Below are positions 61,135 to 64,000 of a DNA stretch of 64,000 nucleotides, piece after piece. Position numbers and translations under genes: made by a program. The DNA lies in NCBI GenBank assembly GCA_901456055.1, contig CABDWT010000003.1:5352-69351 (forward strand), written 5' to 3'. Source of the DNA: Phytobacter ursingii. GTDB lineage: Bacteria > Pseudomonadota > Gammaproteobacteria > Enterobacterales > Enterobacteriaceae. Below the pieces are notes generated by a model. The model ran no database searches and was not told the origin of the DNA. It saw nothing but the letters and a program-made list of their open reading frames with translations. The number at the start of each line of letters is the position of its first letter. Positions within the stretch are counted from its first letter, which is position 1.

Positions 61135-62724
61135 ATGCAACAACGTCGTCCAATCCGCCGCGCGCTGCTCAGTGTTTCTGACAAAGCCGGTATCGTCGAA
61201 TTCGCCCAGGCACTTTCTGCACGTGGTGTAGAACTGCTATCTACAGGGGGCACTGCCCGTCTGTTAGCTGATAAAGGCCTGCCGGTTACCGAAGTGTCCG
61301 ATTACACCGGTTTCCCGGAAATGATGGATGGACGCGTTAAGACCCTGCATCCGAAAGTCCATGGCGGTATTCTTGGCCGTCGCGGCCAGGATGACGCCAT
61401 TATGGCTGAGCACAACATCTCTCCTATTGATATGGTGGTTGTTAACCTTTATCCGTTTGCCCAGACCGTTGCCCGCGAAGGCTGTTCTCTGGAAGATGCG
61501 GTCGAGAATATCGATATTGGCGGCCCGACCATGGTGCGCTCTGCGGCGAAGAACCATAAAGACGTGGCCATCGTCGTAAAGAGCAGCGACTACAACACTA
61601 TTATTGAAGAGATGGATGCCAACGAAGGCTCGCTTCTGCTGGCAACCCGCTTCGACCTCGCGATTAAAGCATTCGAACATACCGCCGCTTACGACAGCAT
61701 GATCGCCAACTACTTCGGCAGCATGGTTCCGGCTTATCACGGCGAGACAAAAGAAGCTGCTGGCCGCTTCCCGCGTACACTGAACCTGAACTTCATTAAG
61801 AAGCAGGATATGCGCTACGGCGAAAACAGCCACCAGCAGGCAGCCTTCTATATAGAAGAAGAAATCAAAGAAGCCTCTGTTGCGACTGCACAGCAGGTAC
61901 AGGGCAAAGCGCTTTCCTATAACAATATCGCCGATACCGATGCGGCGCTGGAATGCGTGAAAGAGTTCAGCGAACCGGCCTGCGTTATCGTTAAACACGC
62001 TAACCCGTGCGGCGTGGCGGTCAGCTCCTCTATTCTGGATGCTTACGATCGTGCTTACAAAACCGACCCGACCTCCGCGTTCGGCGGCATCATCGCTTTT
62101 AACCGCGAGCTGGATGCGCAAACCGCGCAGGCCATTATCTCCCGCCAGTTTGTGGAAGTGATCATTGCCCCCTCAGCCACAGAAGAGGCGCTGAAAATCA
62201 CCGCCGCGAAGCAGAACGTCCGCGTACTGACCTGCGGCGAGTGGACCGCACGTGTTCCGGGCCTCGATTTCAAACGCGTGAACGGCGGCCTGCTGGTTCA
62301 GGATCGCGACCTCGGTATGGTGAGTGAAGGCGAACTGCGCGTCGTGTCCAAACGCCAGCCAACCGAACAGGAACTGCGTGATGCGCTGTTCTGCTGGAAA
62401 GTGGCGAAGTTTGTGAAATCCAACGCTATCGTGTATGCCAAAGAGAACATGACCATTGGCATAGGCGCAGGCCAGATGAGCCGCGTCTACTCCGCGAAAA
62501 TCGCCGGGATCAAAGCCGGTGATGAAGGTCTGGAAGTGAAAGGTTCCGCGATGGCGTCTGATGCATTCTTCCCGTTCCGTGATGGTATTGATGCCGCTGC
62601 CGCCGTTGGCGTGAGTTGTGTAATCCAGCCTGGCGGTTCTATCCGCGATGACGAAGTGATTGCCGCCGCCGACGAACACGGCATTGCGATGATCTTCACC
62701 GACATGCGTCATTTCCGCCATTAA
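61135..62724 (+). CDS. purH: bifunctional AICAR transformylase / IMP cyclohydrolase
   Basis: [27 protein letters not shown]... with high identity to E. coli PurH. An AGGGGA ribosome-binding site is present. Confidence 0.95.
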   Translation: MQQRRPIRRALLSVSDKAGIVEFAQALSARGVELLSTGGTARLLADKGLPVTEVSDYTGFPEMMDGRVKTLHPKVHGGILGRRGQDDAIMAEHNISPIDMVVVNLYPFAQTVAREGCSLEDAVENIDIGGPTMVRSAAKNHKDVAIVVKSSDYNTIIEEMDANEGSLLLATRFDLAIKAFEHTAAYDSMIANYFGSMVPAYHGETKEAAGRFPRTLNLNFIKKQDMRYGENSHQQAAFYIEEEIKEASVATAQQVQGKALSYNNIADTDAALECVKEFSEPACVIVKHANPCGVAVSSSILDAYDRAYKTDPTSAFGGIIAFNRELDAQTAQAIISRQFVEVIIAPSATEEALKITAAKQNVRVLTCGEWTARVPGLDFKRVNGGLLVQDRDLGMVSEGELRVVSKRQPTEQELRDALFCWKVAKFVKSNAIVYAKENMTIGIGAGQMSRVYSAKIAGIKAGDEGLEVKGSAMASDAFFPFRDGIDAAAAVGVSCVIQPGGSIRDDEVIAAADEHGIAMIFTDMRHFRH

Positions 62725-62739
62725 TTCCCGGAGCAAAGA

Positions 62740-64000
62740 ATGAAAGTATTAGTGATTGGTAACGGCGGGCGCGAGCACGCGCTGGCGTGGAAAGCGGCAC
62801 AGTCACCGCTGGTCGACACCGTTTTCGTCGCGCCGGGTAATGCGGGCACCGCGCTGGAACCGACGCTGCAAAACGTGGCGATCGGCGTGACCGATATTCC
62901 GGCCCTGCTGGATTTTGCCCGAAACGAGAAAATCGATCTGACCATCGTTGGCCCGGAAGCGCCGCTGGTGATTGGCGTGGTTGACGCCTTCCGCGCAGCA
63001 GGTCTGAAAATCTTCGGCCCAACCGAAGGCGCCGCGCAGCTTGAAGGCTCCAAAGCCTTCACCAAAGATTTTCTGGCGCGCCATAACATTCCGACTGCGG
63101 AATACCAGAACTTCACCGAAGTGGAACCCGCGTTGGCTTACCTGCGCGAAAAAGGCGCGCCGATCGTCATTAAAGCCGACGGTCTGGCTGCCGGTAAAGG
63201 CGTGATCGTCGCAATGACGCTTGAGGAAGCCGAAGCCGCCGTCAACGATATGCTGGCGGGCAATGCGTTTGGTGACGCGGGCCATCGCATCGTGATCGAG
63301 GAATTCCTCGACGGTGAAGAGGCCAGCTTTATTGTGATGGTCGATGGCGAGCATGTGCTGCCGATGGCGACCAGCCAGGATCATAAGCGTGTCGGCGATG
63401 GCGATACCGGCCCAAATACGGGCGGTATGGGAGCGTACTCCCCTGCCCCTGTAGTGACGGATGAAGTCCACCAGCGCACCATGGAACGTATCATTTGGCC
63501 GACCGTGAAAGGGATGGCCGCCGAAGGGAACACCTATACCGGCTTCCTGTACGCCGGTCTGATGATCGACAAGCAGGGCAACCCGAAGGTTATCGAGTTC
63601 AACTGCCGCTTTGGCGATCCGGAAACGCAACCGATCATGCTGCGCATGAAATCCGATCTGGTGGATCTGTGTCTCGCCGCCTGCGACGGCAAGCTCGATG
63701 AGAAAACCTCCGACTGGGATGAACGCGCGTCTCTCGGCGTCGTTATCGCGGCGGGGGGTTATCCGGGCAATTACAACACCGGTGATGAGATCCACGGTTT
63801 ACCGCTGGAAGAGGTGGACGGCGCGAAGGTCTTCCACGCCGGGACGAAGCTGGCCGATGATGATCGCGTTCTCACCAATGGTGGTCGTGTGTTGTGCGCC
63901 ACTGCGCTGGGTCATACCGTTGCTGACGCCCAGAAGCGTGCCTATGCATTAATGGAAAATATTCAGTGGGAAGGCAGCTTTAGCCGTAAAGATATCGGTT
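62740..64000 (+). CDS. purD: phosphoribosylamine-glycine ligase (3' end beyond window)
   Basis: MKVLVIGNGGREHALAWKAAQSPL... matches E. coli PurD. The ORF runs off the window end. Confidence 0.9.
   Translation, partial: MKVLVIGNGGREHALAWKAAQSPLVDTVFVAPGNAGTALEPTLQNVAIGVTDIPALLDFARNEKIDLTIVGPEAPLVIGVVDAFRAAGLKIFGPTEGAAQLEGSKAFTKDFLARHNIPTAEYQNFTEVEPALAYLREKGAPIVIKADGLAAGKGVIVAMTLEEAEAAVNDMLAGNAFGDAGHRIVIEEFLDGEEASFIVMVDGEHVLPMATSQDHKRVGDGDTGPNTGGMGAYSPAPVVTDEVHQRTMERIIWPTVKGMAAEGNTYTGFLYAGLMIDKQGNPKVIEFNCRFGDPETQPIMLRMKSDLVDLCLAACDGKLDEKTSDWDERASLGVVIAAGGYPGNYNTGDEIHGLPLEEVDGAKVFHAGTKLADDDRVLTNGGRVLCATALGHTVADAQKRAYALMENIQWEGSFSRKDIG

Noticed and set aside
61264-63795. 285-aa and 330-aa ORFs antisense to purH and purD
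   Set aside because: Antisense artefacts in GC-rich conserved genes.

Overview
This window is an Enterobacteriaceae chromosomal segment syntenic with the E. coli 90–92 min region, in reverse orientation relative to K-12. The gene order is: prophage remnant, TraF-like outer-membrane protein (OMP), zur, yjbJ, lexA, dgkA, plsB, ubiA-ubiC, malM-lamB-malK, malEFG, psiE, yjbHGFE, pgi, lysC with its lysine riboswitch, yjbD, rluF, yjbB, metH, iclR, aceKAB, metA, yjaA, a complete rrn operon (5S-23S-tRNAAla-tRNAIle-16S, minus strand) and purHD. Protein identities to E. coli are about 85–97 %, but gene content differs: dinF, xylE, pepE and yjaB are absent.

Several small accessory insertions are present:
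- a phage remnant carrying a YafO-like toxin with an atypical, apparently secreted upstream partner;
- a GNAT plus hexapeptide acetyltransferase pair flanked by ERIC and BIME repeats;
- an about 400-bp GC-rich hairpin-rich non-coding block;
- an sdaCB-like serine module with an XRE regulator;
- most notably, a REP-bounded RtcR-controlled island at 29.3–34.7 kb.

That island reads rtcR, then a divergent sigma-54 promoter, a ~295-nt structured leader with a tRNA T-loop-like GGGTTCGATTCCC motif (candidate Y-RNA/YrlA-like ncRNA), an SPFH/band-7 protein, RtcB and a Pol-beta-type nucleotidyltransferase. It has no rtcA and no rsr.

A GC-rich palindromic repeat family distinct from REP and ERIC (CCYTCTCCCC..GGGGAGAGG..GGTGAGGG) recurs at the malE-malF and aceA-aceK junctions and near yjbH.
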